Assembly (NCBI RefSeq): GCF_032191835.1
Contig: NC_083223.1
Coordinates: forward strand, 255,688,001-255,752,000
Origin: Heteronotia binoei
Lineage: Eukaryota
DNA: 64,000 nucleotides
Direction: 5' to 3'
Of this stretch, positions 34,855-47,844 are shown piece after piece. Position 1 is the first letter of the stretch; every line of letters begins with the position of its first letter. The translations under genes and the position numbers were made by a program. The notes beneath the pieces were generated by a model that was given only the letters and a program-made list of their open reading frames with translations, made no database searches and was not told the origin of the DNA.

Positions 34855-35250
34855 AATGTGTGCATAAAGTGCCATCAAGTCGTAATTAATTTATTGCAAA
34901 CCCATAGGGTCAGGACTTTTTTTTTAGCAGGAACTCCTTTGCATATTAGGCCACATACCACTGACGTAACCAATCCTTCAAGAGCTTGCAGGGCTCTTAT
35001 TACAGGGCCTACTGTAAGCTCCTGGAAGATCGACTACATCATGGGTATGTGGTCTAACACGCAAAGGAGTTCCTGCTACAAAAAAAAAGCCCTGCATAGG
35101 GTTTTCAAGGCAAGGGACTTTCAGAGATGGTTAGCCATTGCCTTCCCCTAAATAGCAAGCCTGGGGTTCTTTGGTGGTTTCCCACTCAAATACTAACCAG
35201 GACCAACCAATCGCGCTTCGCTTCTGAGATTGGGCTAGACTGGGCCACCT
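34855..35250 (-). mobile_element. 5S-derived SINE interrupted by a palindromic MITE
   Basis: Reverse strand ATCTCAGAAGCGAAG...CCTGGTTAGTATTTGAGTGGGAAACC plus GGAAGGCAATGGCTAACC; MITE at 34911-35094. Confidence 0.7.
34911..35094. mobile_element. Fully palindromic (foldback) hAT MITE, ~180 bp
   Basis: The arms GCAGGAACTCCTTTGCATATTAGGCCACAC...GCCAATCC are reverse complements; perfect TSD CATAGGGT. Other copies at 14796-14977, 16558-16727 (TSD CCTGCTAT), ~19190-19358, ~22275-22452 and 49666-49835; partial copies at 15240-15435. Confidence 0.9.
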
Positions 35251-35499
35251 AGGTCCAGGCTATGCAAACATACCACACACTTATTTCCATGATGCTTATG
35301 CCAAACACTCAGAACTGTTCACACTTCCATGAGTAGCACAGCAAGTAGATTAGGGATTGTTCTGGATACCAGATTTACAGCTGCTCTTCTCATAGTGAGA
35401 CTGAGAAATGACCAGATCATGAGGTCACAACACATCTGGTTAGTTCAAAAGAATCAATGCTTGGGGGGGGGGGGGAATCAGCCCCTCTTTGGCCTTCAC

Positions 35500-36185
35500 A
35501 GAATAGAATCATAGAGTTGGAAGGGACCTCCAGGGTCATCTAGTCCAACCCCCTACACCAGGGGTGGCCAACGGTAGCTCTCCAGATGTTTTTTGCCTAC
35601 AACTCCCATCAGCCGCAGTCAGCATGCCCTACACAATGCAGGAAATTCACAAATACCTCCCCCCACACACATATATCCTGCAGTGACCCCTGCTCCATGC
35701 CCAGAAAAACATCCAGGATCCCATGCCAAACCCACCTCGAAAAAAATTGCTGACTGACCCCAAAGTGGCAATCAGCATTTCCCTGGGTGTGTAAGAAACG
35801 GCCACGAGAACTAAGTACTGATGTAACCCTTCCTGCCCTCCTCCTCATGATCTGCCTAATTCACAGAATCAGCATTGCTGTCAGATGGCCATCTAGTCTA
35901 TGTTTGAAAACCTCCAAAGAAGAAGAACCCACCACCTCCCAAGGAAGCCTCTTTCACTGAAGAACCACTCTTAACTGCCAGGAAGTTCTTCCTAATGTTC
36001 AGCTGGAAACTCTTTTGATTTAATTTCAGCCCATTCATTCTGGTCTGACCTTCTGGGGCAACAGAAAACAATTCTGCACCATCCTCTATATGACAATCCT
36101 TCAAGTACTTCAACATGACAATCGTATCACCTCTCAGTCATCTCTTCTCCAGGCTAAACATACCCAGCTCCTTCAAACTTTCCTT
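35500..36185 (-). mobile_element. CR1 LINE 3' fragment ((ATTCTATG)-type tail)
   Basis: LKYLKDCHIEDGAELFSVAPEGQTRMNGLKL...IRKNFL; terminal GGTTGGACTAGATGACCCTGGAGGTCCCTTCCAACTCTATGATTCT. Confidence 0.9.
35559..35626. mobile_element. Half of a URR1-like palindromic hAT MITE
   Basis: Left TIR CAGGGGTGGCCAAC plus CTACAACTCCCATCAGCC; no right arm, yet perfect flanking CCCTACAC repeats. Confidence 0.7.
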
Positions 36186-37074
36186 GTAGGACTAGGTCTC
36201 CTGAGTCACTATTTACCTAGCCTCCCTAGCCCTCTTCCAACCAACCATATGTGACCTCTTCTGTCCTTGAGACCACTCAAGAGGTTCTCCCTGCCTAGTC
36301 TTTTCTTTCTTTCCTGCTCACATCTGCACCTTCTGTCAAGCTGACATGATTAACCCTCTTCCCTCCACTGTGTCTCGGACTACAAAAGCCTATCACTTGC
36401 CCATAGCATTCAAACCATACCCACCAGAGCCAAGCCACCGCCTACTTACACAGCCCCAAAATGGCTCCCAATACTTGGTGTTATGATCTGAGTTTGCTTG
36501 AATATGAGGGTTTTTTGGGGGGACGGAGGGAGGGAGAGAAGGAGACAGACAGACAGACAGAAACTGCAAGGAACTAACCATGGCTCAGTAAAGGCATATC
36601 ACTCGAACCACGGTTGCTATGTTAACCAGAGTTTAGACTCTAACCACTGTTTGAGTTTCCAGTCATCTGCCATGGCTTTCAGACTGTTCACCAGATTCCC
36701 TTTCTCAGCCTCTCAGAACTCAGACTCACAAATTCATTCCTGTCTCCATGGTGCAGCAGCCTCCGCAGGCCAAGCAACAGCCATAATTATGATCCAGCAG
36801 TTCAAACATGATAGTAAACCACAGTTATCACCGGCGAGGGTATGCAAAAACCCATTTCAAGCCACAGTTTCTAATTCCAATTTGCCAGCACACTGCAAAC
36901 AGATGAGGCATTTAACCCATTCAGCTTCATTTACCTGGAAGGGGGTCTCCTATGATGTGAACTCATCCCATGAGAAAGTGAGACAAGCTACACACTCTCT
37001 GTGAAGACGAGATGCATAGTGGAAGGCCTGTGTGCAAGAATTCCTTGAGGATATGCCTCCAGTCACTGGGTGCA

Positions 37075-37255
37075 GCCATAGCGATGGAGCTTCTGCTTTG
37101 CATGCAGAAAGTCCCAAGTTCAATCCTTGGCATCTCCAGTTTAAAAAGATCAAGTAAAGAGTGATGTGAAAGGTCTCCATCTGAGACCCTGGAGAGCTGC
37201 TGCCAGTCAGACAACACTGATCTTGACAGACCAATGGTCAGGCTCAGTAAAGGGG
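37075..37255 (+). mobile_element. tRNA(Ala)-like SINE with CR1-like tail (Squam2/Anolis SINE2-like)
   Basis: GAGCTTCTGCTTTGCATGCAGAAAGTCCCAAGTTCAATCCTTGGCATCTCCA resembles the tRNA-Ala 3' half; ends GACCAATGGTC. Related copies at ~21645-21845(+), 34180-34375(+), 41375-41490(+), 44680-44815(-) and 61385-61536(+). Confidence 0.65.
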
Positions 37256-37332
37256 AGTGGCACGTGTTCACTGAAAACCTATTCTGCTTCTGCACAGTCA
37301 TATCACAGGTTGCTTTCCCTACCTATCTAGCA

Positions 37333-37743
37333 CAGGGGTCCCCAACCTATTCATGCCTTTGGGCAGCTTTTGAATTCTGACACAGACTGGTGGGCACAGC
37401 CACAAAATGGCTGCTGCAGGAGGTGGCACCAACCAAAAAATGGCTGCAGCAGGAAGTGGAGCTACAGACACAGGCGAAGCCCAACTGCAGGGGAGAAGAG
37501 GGGTAAAAAAAATACACTGGGAAAGAAGAGTGTGAGAAAACAAACATACATTGTGATGGCAGCTCCCTTGAGACAGTGCTATTTTTAATCTGCATAGCCA
37601 ATTGAATCTTCACAGCCAATCAGAAGCCCCTCTGGGCAAGAGCCCTATTAGCCCCCAACCACTTTCTAAAAACACTTTGTGGGCACTACGGAAAGTTTTG
37701 GCGGGCTCTATGACAACCACGGACATCAGGTTGGGGATCCTTG
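37333..37743. mobile_element. Non-autonomous hAT (Charlie-type)
   Basis: TIR CAGGGGTCCCCAACCT / AGGTTGGGGATCCTTG; TSD ATCTAGCA/GTCTAGTA. Confidence 0.85.
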
Positions 37744-37941
37744 GTCTAGTACATTTCTCCCTCCTCCTCTAGGGAGTTCAGGGCAGCGCACCTGGCTTTC
37801 CCTTTCACTTGTTTTATTTTCAAAATAATCCTGTGAGTTAGGTTCGGCTGAGAGTCACACACAGCTGGGTCCAAGATCACCCAGAAAGTTTTCATGGCAG
37901 AGTGTGGATCTGAACCCAGGTACTCCCTGGTTATTCTAGAA

Positions 37942-38208
37942 CAGAGTGGCCAGACTGGCTCTTTCACACATATTGTGTGGCTTTCGAAGCCCCCATCGGC
38001 CAGCTTGGAGAAGGCATCTGTCTCTTTAAATAACTTCTCCAAGTCAAACCAGTTGGCGTCTTAGAGAATGCATTTCAAGTTGAAGTTGTTTTCTTTCCAC
38101 CTCCACCTCCCTCCCCCATCTATTTTCCTCTCTCCCTTCCTTACAGCTCTCAAAAAATTGACGTTTATTCTGTGTGGCTCTTACATTAAGCGGGTTTGGC
38201 CACCCCTG
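37942..38208. mobile_element. hAT MITE (CAGGGGTGGCCAAAC family)
   Basis: Perfect TSD TTCTAGAA. Family members at 25802-26116, 44098-44668 (TSD GTCTACTC) and 61038-61266 (TSD CTCTAAGT). Confidence 0.9.
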
Positions 38209-39039
38209 TTCTAGAATGTGACGGAGCATCAGAAGATGATGTGTGTGTGCCCAGTGCAGACCTCTGCAGTGAGGCAGAGGCATATTTGATGTGAATCATA
38301 CGGCTTCAAGCCGTTTCTCGTGCCCTGCTTGGCCTCCGCACTCCTGAGCTTCAATGACAGGGTGATGCCTTTCCAAATGAGACTTTTTTCCCACATCCTT
38401 CTTCTTCTTTTCCTATATTTAACCTTGGCTCCCTGCCATCGTATACTCTACAGTCCTGGAAAAGGGGTCAGAACTTTCTGCAGGCATGCACCAATCTGAG
38501 GAATGCAGCAAAACTTTCTCAGCCAGAGGCTGGGGAGGGGGAGGGAAAACGAGACCAGACAGACTGTGGAGGTTTTCCAAGATAAGCGTGGAGAAAGTAG
38601 GGGCTGGTTACTCAGCCCACCTGGTTGGGGAAACAAACGTACATTCCCTTCTCTCCTTTATTTTGGCTGTGTGGGTTAGAGATATGAACCTGCAAATTAA
38701 GCTGCCTTGTACCAAGTCAGACTGTGCCCACCGCAACTGGCAGATACAAAAATACCTAAGAACTCTTTTGTTGGATCAGACCAGGGGTCCACCCAGTCCT
38801 GCATTCTGCCTTACAGAGCAGCCAACCAGTTTGCCCTGGAGGGCCAACACAGAGGGCAGAGAGGCCAAGGCCTGCCCCTGCAGTTGCCAACTAGCTCTGG
38901 TATTAACTGTCTCTGAATGGAGAGGTTCCCCCAGCCAGAGTCTCAGGCCAAGAATGGCCCTCTGCTGCTGAGATCTCCGAGACTGACCCAAGCAAATGTG
39001 TTCTACCACTGAGCCCCCACCCTTCCCTGTATCTTTTGT

Positions 39040-39210
39040 ATGGCCCTGACCTGGATAGCTCAGGCTAGCCCAATCTTGTCAGATCTTGGAATCTAAGCAG
39101 GGTTGATCTTGGCTAGTATTGGGAAGGGCGACTTCCAAGGAATACCAAGGTCATGACACAAAGGCAAGCAATAGCAAACCACTGCTGAAACATCTCTTGT
39201 CTTAAAGACA
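39040..39210 (+). mobile_element. 5S rRNA-derived SINE with RTE/BovB-like tail (5S-Sauria-like)
   Basis: GCCCAATCTTGTCAGATCTTGGAATCTAAGCAGGGTTGATCTTGGCTAGTATTGGGAAGGGCGAC aligns by eye to the vertebrate 5S internal control region; followed by GCAATAGCAAACCAC. Confidence 0.75.
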
Positions 39211-42200
39211 AGTCTAGCTTCCCACCTACTGGTACATAACATTAAAAGACACACAACTTCTGGCTGCCAGACCAACTTAGGATCTCCCAGCTATTCTACA
39301 CACAATGTCATATGATAATGAATTGCCTTTTGCATGTACACAAGGGACACCAAGTTGCCCATCACTACCCTTTCTGGCCACTTAGAAAGTGGGTAGGGCT
39401 TTTACCCAGTGAGGCTTCTGGCGGCCATAGGAGATTTTTATTAGCTGGGCAGATTTTTTTTAAATGCCACTTTGGCAGTAGCTGCCCCTACAGCACAAGG
39501 ATCTTCTCTGTATCACTGAAGCAGCAGCCATTTTGTGGCTCCACCCACCACACTATGTGAGAGTTTCAAAGGCTAAAAAAAGTTAGGGACACCCAAAGTA
39601 CACCTAGGAACACAGTATGTAAGGAAAGACCCTAAATCTACGTTGAAACAATGGACTGGTATGCCCTGAAAACAGATCCACAGAAAAGTTATCAAAGTTA
39701 AAATTACTGACACGATTATAATGGAATACAGTGAGAGCCAAGTGGCACCTTTTAAGATCCACAAAGTTTTATTCAAGATATGAGCTTTCATGTGCAAGCA
39801 CACTTCTTGCACACGAAAGCTCATACCTTAATAAAACTTTGTGGATCTTAAAAGGTGCCACTGGACTCTTAACTTTATTCTGCTGCTTCAGACAAACATG
39901 GCTACCCACCTGGATCTACCAACTATAATGGTAATTTATGTCACAATGATTAGTGAGGGGTGGGGACAGGTAATCTCCTTTCCTTTTTACAAAAGTTACC
40001 CAGCCTGGTCACCCAGACTCTATAGCTGCTCACTACTGGCGAGCAAGCAATAGCTTTCATAAACCTGAGAGCAGCGTTACTCACTTCCCAAACTACAGAT
40101 GTCGGTCTGTAACTGAAAAGGCTCAATCTGTAACACACATCTGTACTATCTGAATGATGGGGGAGGGGGAGGCAGGAGGAGCTCCTTTGAAAACCATCTG
40201 ATTAAAGAGCATCATACAGCTAAGATAAGAGAATCTCTTTCCTGCCTGGCACCACTTCTCAGATTTTCGTCCAAAGTGTCTGAATTTAGACCAGCTTGAG
40301 CGACACTGCTGTGGTGGATTACAGCTACTGTGAAGCGCCTTTTATGTATGCAAGGAAAAGGGTTACAAGGGCTCTTGAAGGAACAGAGATGCTGAATCAG
40401 AAGCCTCCTGTGTATCTTTGTACAATTAAAAGCTCCATGTGTGAAATTGGAAAGCTGCATCCCTCGAGTAACTCAATCCAGCCACCAGATCGGCATCACA
40501 CAAGGGAACGGTGTTCTTCGTCACCTCCTCCATTTATATCAAACCTGGCACAGTACTCGCCTCCCTGGATAAAGCCTGGAATCGTCTAATACAATTATTA
40601 TTCATTATAATAATCATAAAACAGGGCTCCAAGCAAGCAGTATTTCCTGAATAGATAGCGAACAGAAGAAGCAGAGGTTTAGAGGGAGGATTCAGGAACC
40701 TAAATCCCTGCCAGAATGCAGATTTAGAATGCAATCAATGATCCTTCTTTCTCTCTTTCCCTGCCTCAGCTTCTTGTCTGTAAACTAGAACATACTAATT
40801 ACTTATTTAACAACATTTACATCCAGCCTTTCTGCCCTCACAAGGTCCACCAAAGCAACTAACAAATTAAAACATATTTTTTAAAATTACATTTTAACAT
40901 TATTTGAACCACACACACCCCAAAATCATTTTTTAAAAAATTAAAAAGAGCACTAAAATAAATACAAAGACATAAAAACAACAACTGAACATTGGTCAGG
41001 AAGCAGAGATTCACTGGAGGAATGTCAAACAAAAGAGAAGTATTCACCCAGTAGCAAAAGACAGGAACCAAAGGGGACAGACAAATATCCCTGGGGAGAG
41101 AGTTCCAGAGCTTTGGCACGACACCAAATGATATTAAAAGAGTCATGAAAGAGCCTAAAGCTCATTGTACAATTGCAGCTGTTACAGAGAGATCATCAAC
41201 TATTCATTTATTTCTTTCATTGGGTAAGGAGGTAATGCAGATTACTTTTGCAAACCTAAGATGATTTCATTTCCCATTTTTGTTTTAGAGCGCAGCTTGT
41301 CTCACTCACTTGAGCCACCTGATTTGTTTTATTGAAACCAACTGGTTCAAACCAACTGGCTGTTTGCAGGGGCAGCAAAGCACACAGTTTGTAAGCAAAA
41401 GGTCCCAGGTTCAAGCTTAATGTCTCCAGTTATGCCATCTCTAGGATACCACCTCCAGTAAAAGACCCATTTCTACCTGAGGCCCTGGAGAAAAACGGCC
41501 AGACTAACAAAAATTCACTGTGCAGGTTCTGAGTTTAATCCTACTATCTAGGGCATTTTCCACATGGGGACAGGCATGTGTCATTTCTCCACTGCTGCTG
41601 CAGCCATAAGAGCAGCCCAGCAGAAATGGAACTTCCACATGGCAGGTTTCCCTATCAATTCCCTGCCTCAGTCTCCCAGAAACAACTACCCTCACACACA
41701 TATCCCACTAGGTAACTAGGGCTTTTCCTGTTTGCTTTTATGGAATGTTTTTATATTGATATACTCTTTTATGGAAAGTTTTTATATTGCTATACTGTTA
41801 TAACAATCTGTTTAATCAATCCCTTGAATTACCAGTTTTCATTCTTAAAATAGTTAAGTCTCTAGCCACTTTTGTTGCGGAGATAAAAACCTTTCCTCTT
41901 AAATCTCCACAATAAAAGGAACTAGAGATTCACTATTTTAAGAATGAAAGCTGGTAATTCATATAACTTGTTCCACAGGTCATTATACTGCTCCATCAAT
42001 GTAAGGAGATTCAGTTGCTGATTTTTAAAAAGCCCCCCAAGTGGCAGGGAGAGGAAAATGGCTACTATGTGTGGAGGACTGGGAAAAACCGAATTTTCCT
42101 GCTTGCATGGCAGGCTTTGCCATCATCTTTCCCAAAACTGGGAAACCCTGCAATATGCACAGATACCAAGAAAAAAATCCCAGCAGCTGAACCCGAGGCA

Positions 42201-44097
42201 AATAACCCAGGCGGAAACAGCACACATTTCCACCCCAATTTTCCTCCAAGGTAACCTTTGCGTCAAACTTTATGTCAGAATTGAGATTTGATGCCAGGTT
42301 ACCCAGATACTAGTTCAAAACTCTAGCCACTAAACCACGATGGCCCTGGAGGAAGTAAACTAATACTCCCATCTCATTACATCTTTGTCAGACAAATGGA
42401 CCGTCGAGACCTGCACCTTTTCTGTTTCCACACTTAACAGCTGCAATCAGAAGCAAAGTGACACTGTAATCCCAAACATGAAATGCCAGATTTTTTTGAG
42501 AAGCAAACCCTCAGTAGGATCCGTTTCTTTCTCTGGAAATATCAAAGCCTTTTCTGGATTAGAGTTGGCAAACCTGTCAAACTTTGACCACAACCAAAGC
42601 CAAGAATTAATTATGCTGCCATTCAGTGGCGAGATCAGGAGCAGGAGCTTTTTAATTCCATGCCACCCCCAGGCCTGCAGCAGCTGTGGGGGGCATCACA
42701 AAGCTTTTACAGTTGGCTTCCTTCTACAGCTGCAAACATCCAATACAAGGAGCCCAGCAGAGGTATCCTGAACAGCGTGACACTTTCTCCGCCCAGTGTG
42801 TTTAGGTGCTGCAGCTCTGTTTCAGATTGCATCATTGGTCTGCTAAGCACAACTGTATTTAAAAAAAATTTTTTTGACATCACTGCTGTTACTTTGTTGG
42901 ATTCCTGCTAATAGTCTCTCTCCTCACCCCCCTCTTTCATACTGTGTAACTGTAGGCTGACCCTGGAGTTCTAGGATAAAAGCCAAGAAGGAGAATCATC
43001 CAGTGTATCATTTGCATTGATTGAAACCTTACCTAACATTGTTAAAAGTCATGATAATTCATTACAGTATTTTTTAAAAGTTAATTTCATTGGGTTGGAG
43101 AGATCCATTTCGCTAATGGCAGTGTTTTTTGCCCTGGCAACGAGAAGCCGTCCCTTGACATCAATGCCTCATATTGGTTACAGGGTCAGTCTAAAACTCC
43201 CCAAGTTCAAATCCCAGCTATGCCATGGAAATTCACCGGGAACTTTGACACTCAAAAGCTTATTATACCCCCAAAGTCAAACTGGTCTCTAAGGTGATAC
43301 TGGACTCAAATCTAGCTGGGTGGGTGAGCCTTGGATTAAGCTCTTTCCCTCAGCCTAACCTACCTCACATAAGAATATAAGAGAAGCCATGTTGGATCAG
43401 GCCAATGGCCCATCCAGTCCAACACTCTGTGTCACACAGTGGCCAAAAAAACCAGGTGCCATCAGGAGATCCACCAGTGGGGCCAGGACACTAGAAGTCC
43501 TCCCACTGTTCCGCGTCCCCCCCCCCCCCACAGCAAGGTACAGAGCATCACAGGGTTGTTGTTAGGATAAAATAGAGGAGGGAAGAAAGCTGGAAGCTGG
43601 TCCCCACTGGGGGAAAAGGTAGGATATTAAATAACTAAACGAACAACAAGGATCCACACGCTACAACATCACATTTCACTAACAGTTCACTAATTTTTTT
43701 TGCAGTCTATATCAGTCCCAAAACTGTTGGTTATTAAAGCTTTTAAAAAATGACTGTGGTTCTAAATAAAGCATTTTCAAAGTTCTTGACCCATCAAATA
43801 CCCAACCTTATGGAATATCTCCCCATTTCTCTCAGATTTAGATTCTGGAAAGAGCCTTTATACCCACAGAAATCACCTAATGCTGACTCTTGCTCCCTGA
43901 AAGTCACCCCTAGATAATGAACTTACAGGAAGATGCTAATGAAGGATTAGCCAGACACCAAGTAAAATGATTAACAGTTCAAACACTTTTGATACAGTGG
44001 GTCAGACCAGAAATCTGAAAGCACCAGAAGACACAAACACAAAGCTCCCTTACACTGAATCAGCGCTTGGGTCCACCAAGGTCAGTATTGTCTACTC

Positions 44098-44668
44098 CAG
44101 GGGTGGCCAGACTTGCTTAACAACAGAATAAAGGTCAGATGTTTGAGAGCCGCAAGACATGAACATNNNNNNNNNNNNNNNNNNNNNNNNNNNNNNNNNN
44201 NNNNNNNNNNNNNNNNNNNNNNNNNNNNNNNNNNNNNNNNNNNNNNNNNNNNNNNNNNNNNNNNNNNNNNNNNNNNNNNNNNNNNNNNNNNNNNNNNNNN
44301 NNNNNNNNNNNNNNNNNNNNNNNNNNNNNNNNNNNNNNNNNNNNNNNNNNNNNNNNNNNNNNNNNNNNNNNNNNNNNNNNNNNNNNNNNNNNNNNNNNNN
44401 NNNNNNNNNNNNNNNNNNNNNNNNNNNNNNNNNNNNNNNNNNNNNNNNNNNNNNNNNNNNNNNNNNNNNNNGAGCAAGAGATGGAAAGAAAGCAACTTTA
44501 CTTTTAAATACATTCTCCAAGCCATTGGCTGGCTTGGCTCAGAGAAATTATTTAAAGAGACAAATGTCTTCTCCAAGCTGGCCAGTGGGGCAGTGAGGTC
44601 TTCAACAGCCACACAATATGTGTGAAAGAGCAACATGTGGCTTCTGAGCCACAGTTTGGCTACCCCTG
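44098..44668. mobile_element. hAT MITE spanning an assembly gap
   Basis: Perfect TSD GTCTACTC; N run 44167-44471 sits inside the purine-rich middle. Confidence 0.85.
44167..44471. other. Assembly gap (N)
   Basis: Run of N. Confidence 0.99.
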
Positions 44669-46461
44669 GTCTACTCAGACTGACAGCAGATCCCCAGGGT
44701 CTCAGCTAAAGGTCTTTCCCATCACATACTACCTGGTTCCTTTTTAACTGGAGATGCCAGGGATTGAACCAGGGTCCTTCTGCATTCAAAGCAAAGGCTC
44801 TTCCCCTGAGCCAGAGCCCCTCATAGACAACGGCCCAGTATGGCTCCCATGACCAAAAGCCTTCTCTTCAGCTTTGAAAGATAGCTCTGGTGAGGGGTAA
44901 CCACTGGAAGGCCAAGCTGCAGTTTCAAGATTCCTCAGCCATGGATTCTGGAGGTGGCCCTTGGCAACACATTCGATGTTCACCCTCAGCTCAGCCATCT
45001 GCAATTCGGAGATAATTACTAGTCTACTTTACAAGGCTGTTGTATTACAACACAGATCATGGATCTGGAGCGCTTTCAACACAGTATGCCACTCTGTACG
45101 TATGGAGTATAATATTATTCAGATGCAGTACCAGTTACAACCCTACAGTCGCCAAGCATTTGGTCCATATCATAAGGCAAAAATCAAAAAAGAAAAGATG
45201 CAAATTTTATGGTGAAACATGTAACAGTGTGGGGAAGCTGTAAGCCATCAGGCTGCACGGAATTCTTTGTTCTGAAGAGTCCCCAACCTTTGTAAGCCTG
45301 TGGCCACCATTGTGATTCAGACACAGAGTGGTGGACGCAGCCACAAAATGGCTTCTACAGGAAGTGGAGCTGGTCATACAGTGACTGCTGCAGTTTACTC
45401 TCAGTTACACAGTGAAGATCCTTGTGCTGTGGTGCTAGCTGCTGCCAAAGAGCTACATTTTAAAAAAAGCTGCCCAGCCCATGAAATGTCTAATGGCCAG
45501 TCAGAAGCTCTGCCAGGCAAAAGCTGCAACTGGCTCTGCCCACTTTCAAAAAAACAATGAGTGGATGCCAGGAAAAGTTCTGGCAGGCACTATGGCACTC
45601 ATGGGCACCACATTAGGGACTCCTGGCTTACACAGCTGCACACCAAGGGAGAAAAAAAATACAATGTTGGGCAGAACTAGTAGCTCCTCCACCTCAATAC
45701 TGGGGCCAGATCAGAGCTACAACCTCGTGCCAAGGGACATACAACTGCTCGGTCTCTGAAGCAAACAGTTTACTGAGTAACATGCAAAGGGCTATTTGGA
45801 GAATCGGGATGTCTTTACAAGCTCTTCTTCAGTAGTCAAAATTCCTCACTTACATCCACTCTCAAATTCCCATAACAACTCAACAGGACAGAATTTTAGA
45901 GTAGAATGAATTGCCTAGCAGATGCAGCTGTGAAGCCCTGTTTCCAATAACCACCAGCTAAATGGCTCAAGGAAGATCACAAGTAAGGCCAGTCAGCAGC
46001 AATCTGCAATATTAGCCTCCAGAAATCAAAGATACACTGCCTCTAATCATGGATGCTTGTCATAGCAAACATCCAGCGACAAGCCTCAGCCATTTTTACA
46101 TTCTAACTAAGCTAGCAGCATCTTGTAGGGGTGAATTCTCCAATTTCATCCTGTGTAAGTACAGCTTAAACCCGCCACTCCAATCAAGAACAGGCAAGGG
46201 GTTCCCCATGTACACCTATTACATCATTCCTAAAACTGCACTCCCTTACCACATGTTTTCTACCCCACCCTTTTAGGTTGTCATTTCTGAACTGGAAAAC
46301 CCCAAAACACTAGTCCTTGTTACTGAGACAGTTTTGCCAAAACAGTATACAACATGTCACACGGGACTGCCCCACAGATGTATAGAACTTTGTCCTGATG
46401 TCTGTAGATTTGCTTTATTTTCACTCTCTTTGATAAAAGTAGTACTCAAATAATGGGGGAG

Positions 46462-47040
46462 TAGGATTGCCAACTCTGGGCTGGTAGAAATTTCTGGAGA
46501 TTTGGGGGTGGATCCAAGGGAGGATCAGGTGTGGGGAGGAGTATAACTCAGTGGAGGATAGGGTTGCCAAGTCCCTCCCCCACTGCAGCGGAGGACTTGC
46601 TCCTCGTGCGCGGCATAATGACGTCACCCAGAAGTGACGTTATCATGCCGGGGATATTGCACCGGAAGTGCTCTAGAACTCACACTAAAGACTCTATGAT
46701 ATCATAGAGTTTTACCACGATTCCTAGAGCGTCACACCAGAAACACTCTTAGGATTTCACAGTAAAACTCTATGGTACCATAGAGTATTAAGTACAAGTT
46801 CTAGAACATCCCTGGCATTATGTCACTTCTGGGTGATGTCATCGTGCCAGGGATGGCGCGTGCCAATGGGGCTCTGCAGGGGCAGGGATCCCCCCAGTGA
46901 CACTTGGCAGCCCTAGTAGGGTATAATGTCACAGAGTCCACCTTCCAAAGCAGCCATTTTCTCTAGGGGACTTGGTCTATCATCTGGAGATGAGATATCA
47001 TTCCAAGAGATCTCTAGGCCCACCTGGAGGTTGGTAACCA
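46462..47040 (-). mobile_element. TAGGGTTGCCA-TIR MITE (hAT Blackjack-like) with a nested foldback element
   Basis: Perfect TSD TGGGGGAG. The ~220-bp family recurs at ~6128-6223+12504-12623, 16515-16915, 19553-19745, 23878-24070, 27030-27400, 28530-28940, 32370-32600, 33345-33574, 51950-52160, 54390-55070, 57548-57700, 58070-58270 and 61940-62150. Confidence 0.8.
46559..46915. mobile_element. Quasi-palindromic Blackjack-like element
   Basis: TIR TAGGGTTGCCAAGT / ACTTGGCAGCCCTA; degenerate TSD GTGGAGGA/GTAGGGTA; two internal 20-bp palindromes. Confidence 0.8.
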
Positions 47041-47844
47041 TGGGGGAGGCACCCTTCATTAATTATGTCCAAGCCCCACTCCTAATTGCTTTCTAAAAGT
47101 CATAGCAGGGGGGTGTCATAAAGAAGGCAAGAGGCCGTATAATTCAAAGCACAGGTAGACCAGTTTGACCAGGTCCCTATCTTGGCTATTAAACTGCATA
47201 CATTTCCTACCGTTTTAAAAAAGAGACCCAGGTGTCTCACCCAAAGCAGAAATAGGTTGTTCAGAACCTCTAACTCCCACAAGCCCTTCAAAACACACAT
47301 CCACACCCTTCCAGCCTACACTGCTGTAAAACTAACAGGTGCAACCAAAACGGAGGAGGGAGACAAAGTTGGAAGCATCTGCCTTTAAGAACAAATCCAG
47401 CGAAGACGCCTGGAGACCGTCCAGCTGTTTACCCGGTGACGCAAATGGGTGTAGAAATAATTATCTCGGCTGTTGTTGTCTTATTTTTTTTACACAGGCA
47501 TCTCCCCCCCTTTTTTTTATCAAATCAAGATCCAGAACAGCCTGTTCCTCCTTCACTCCCACCAACCCCACAACAAAAACAGAAATAAAAGCCCGAGATA
47601 GCCAGATGCAAAAATACAAATTGCTAGGAATTTAAGATTCTAATCTCATCAGTCAAGAGGCATTAAAGACCAAAAGCAATATCAGCTTTGGAGGATGGAT
47701 TCCTAGAAGAGAAATTTAGCATTCTGAGGCTACTGGAAAACTCCATAACTCTTCAAATCATCAGACGACAGCCATAAGCCTCAACATTTATATTGTGCTT
47801 CCTGTCCTCACAATGATTCACATATTATCACAGTACAAAAGAAC

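Noticed and set aside
39060-39150. 5S rRNA gene
   Set aside because: Partial and diverged, lacks the 5S 5' end, and is fused to an RTE-like tail; it is a SINE.
44167-44471. Hidden insertion inside the gapped hAT copy
   Set aside because: Other family copies have a short purine-rich (GGAA-like) tract here, so a microsatellite-related gap is the simpler explanation; it cannot be resolved from this sequence.
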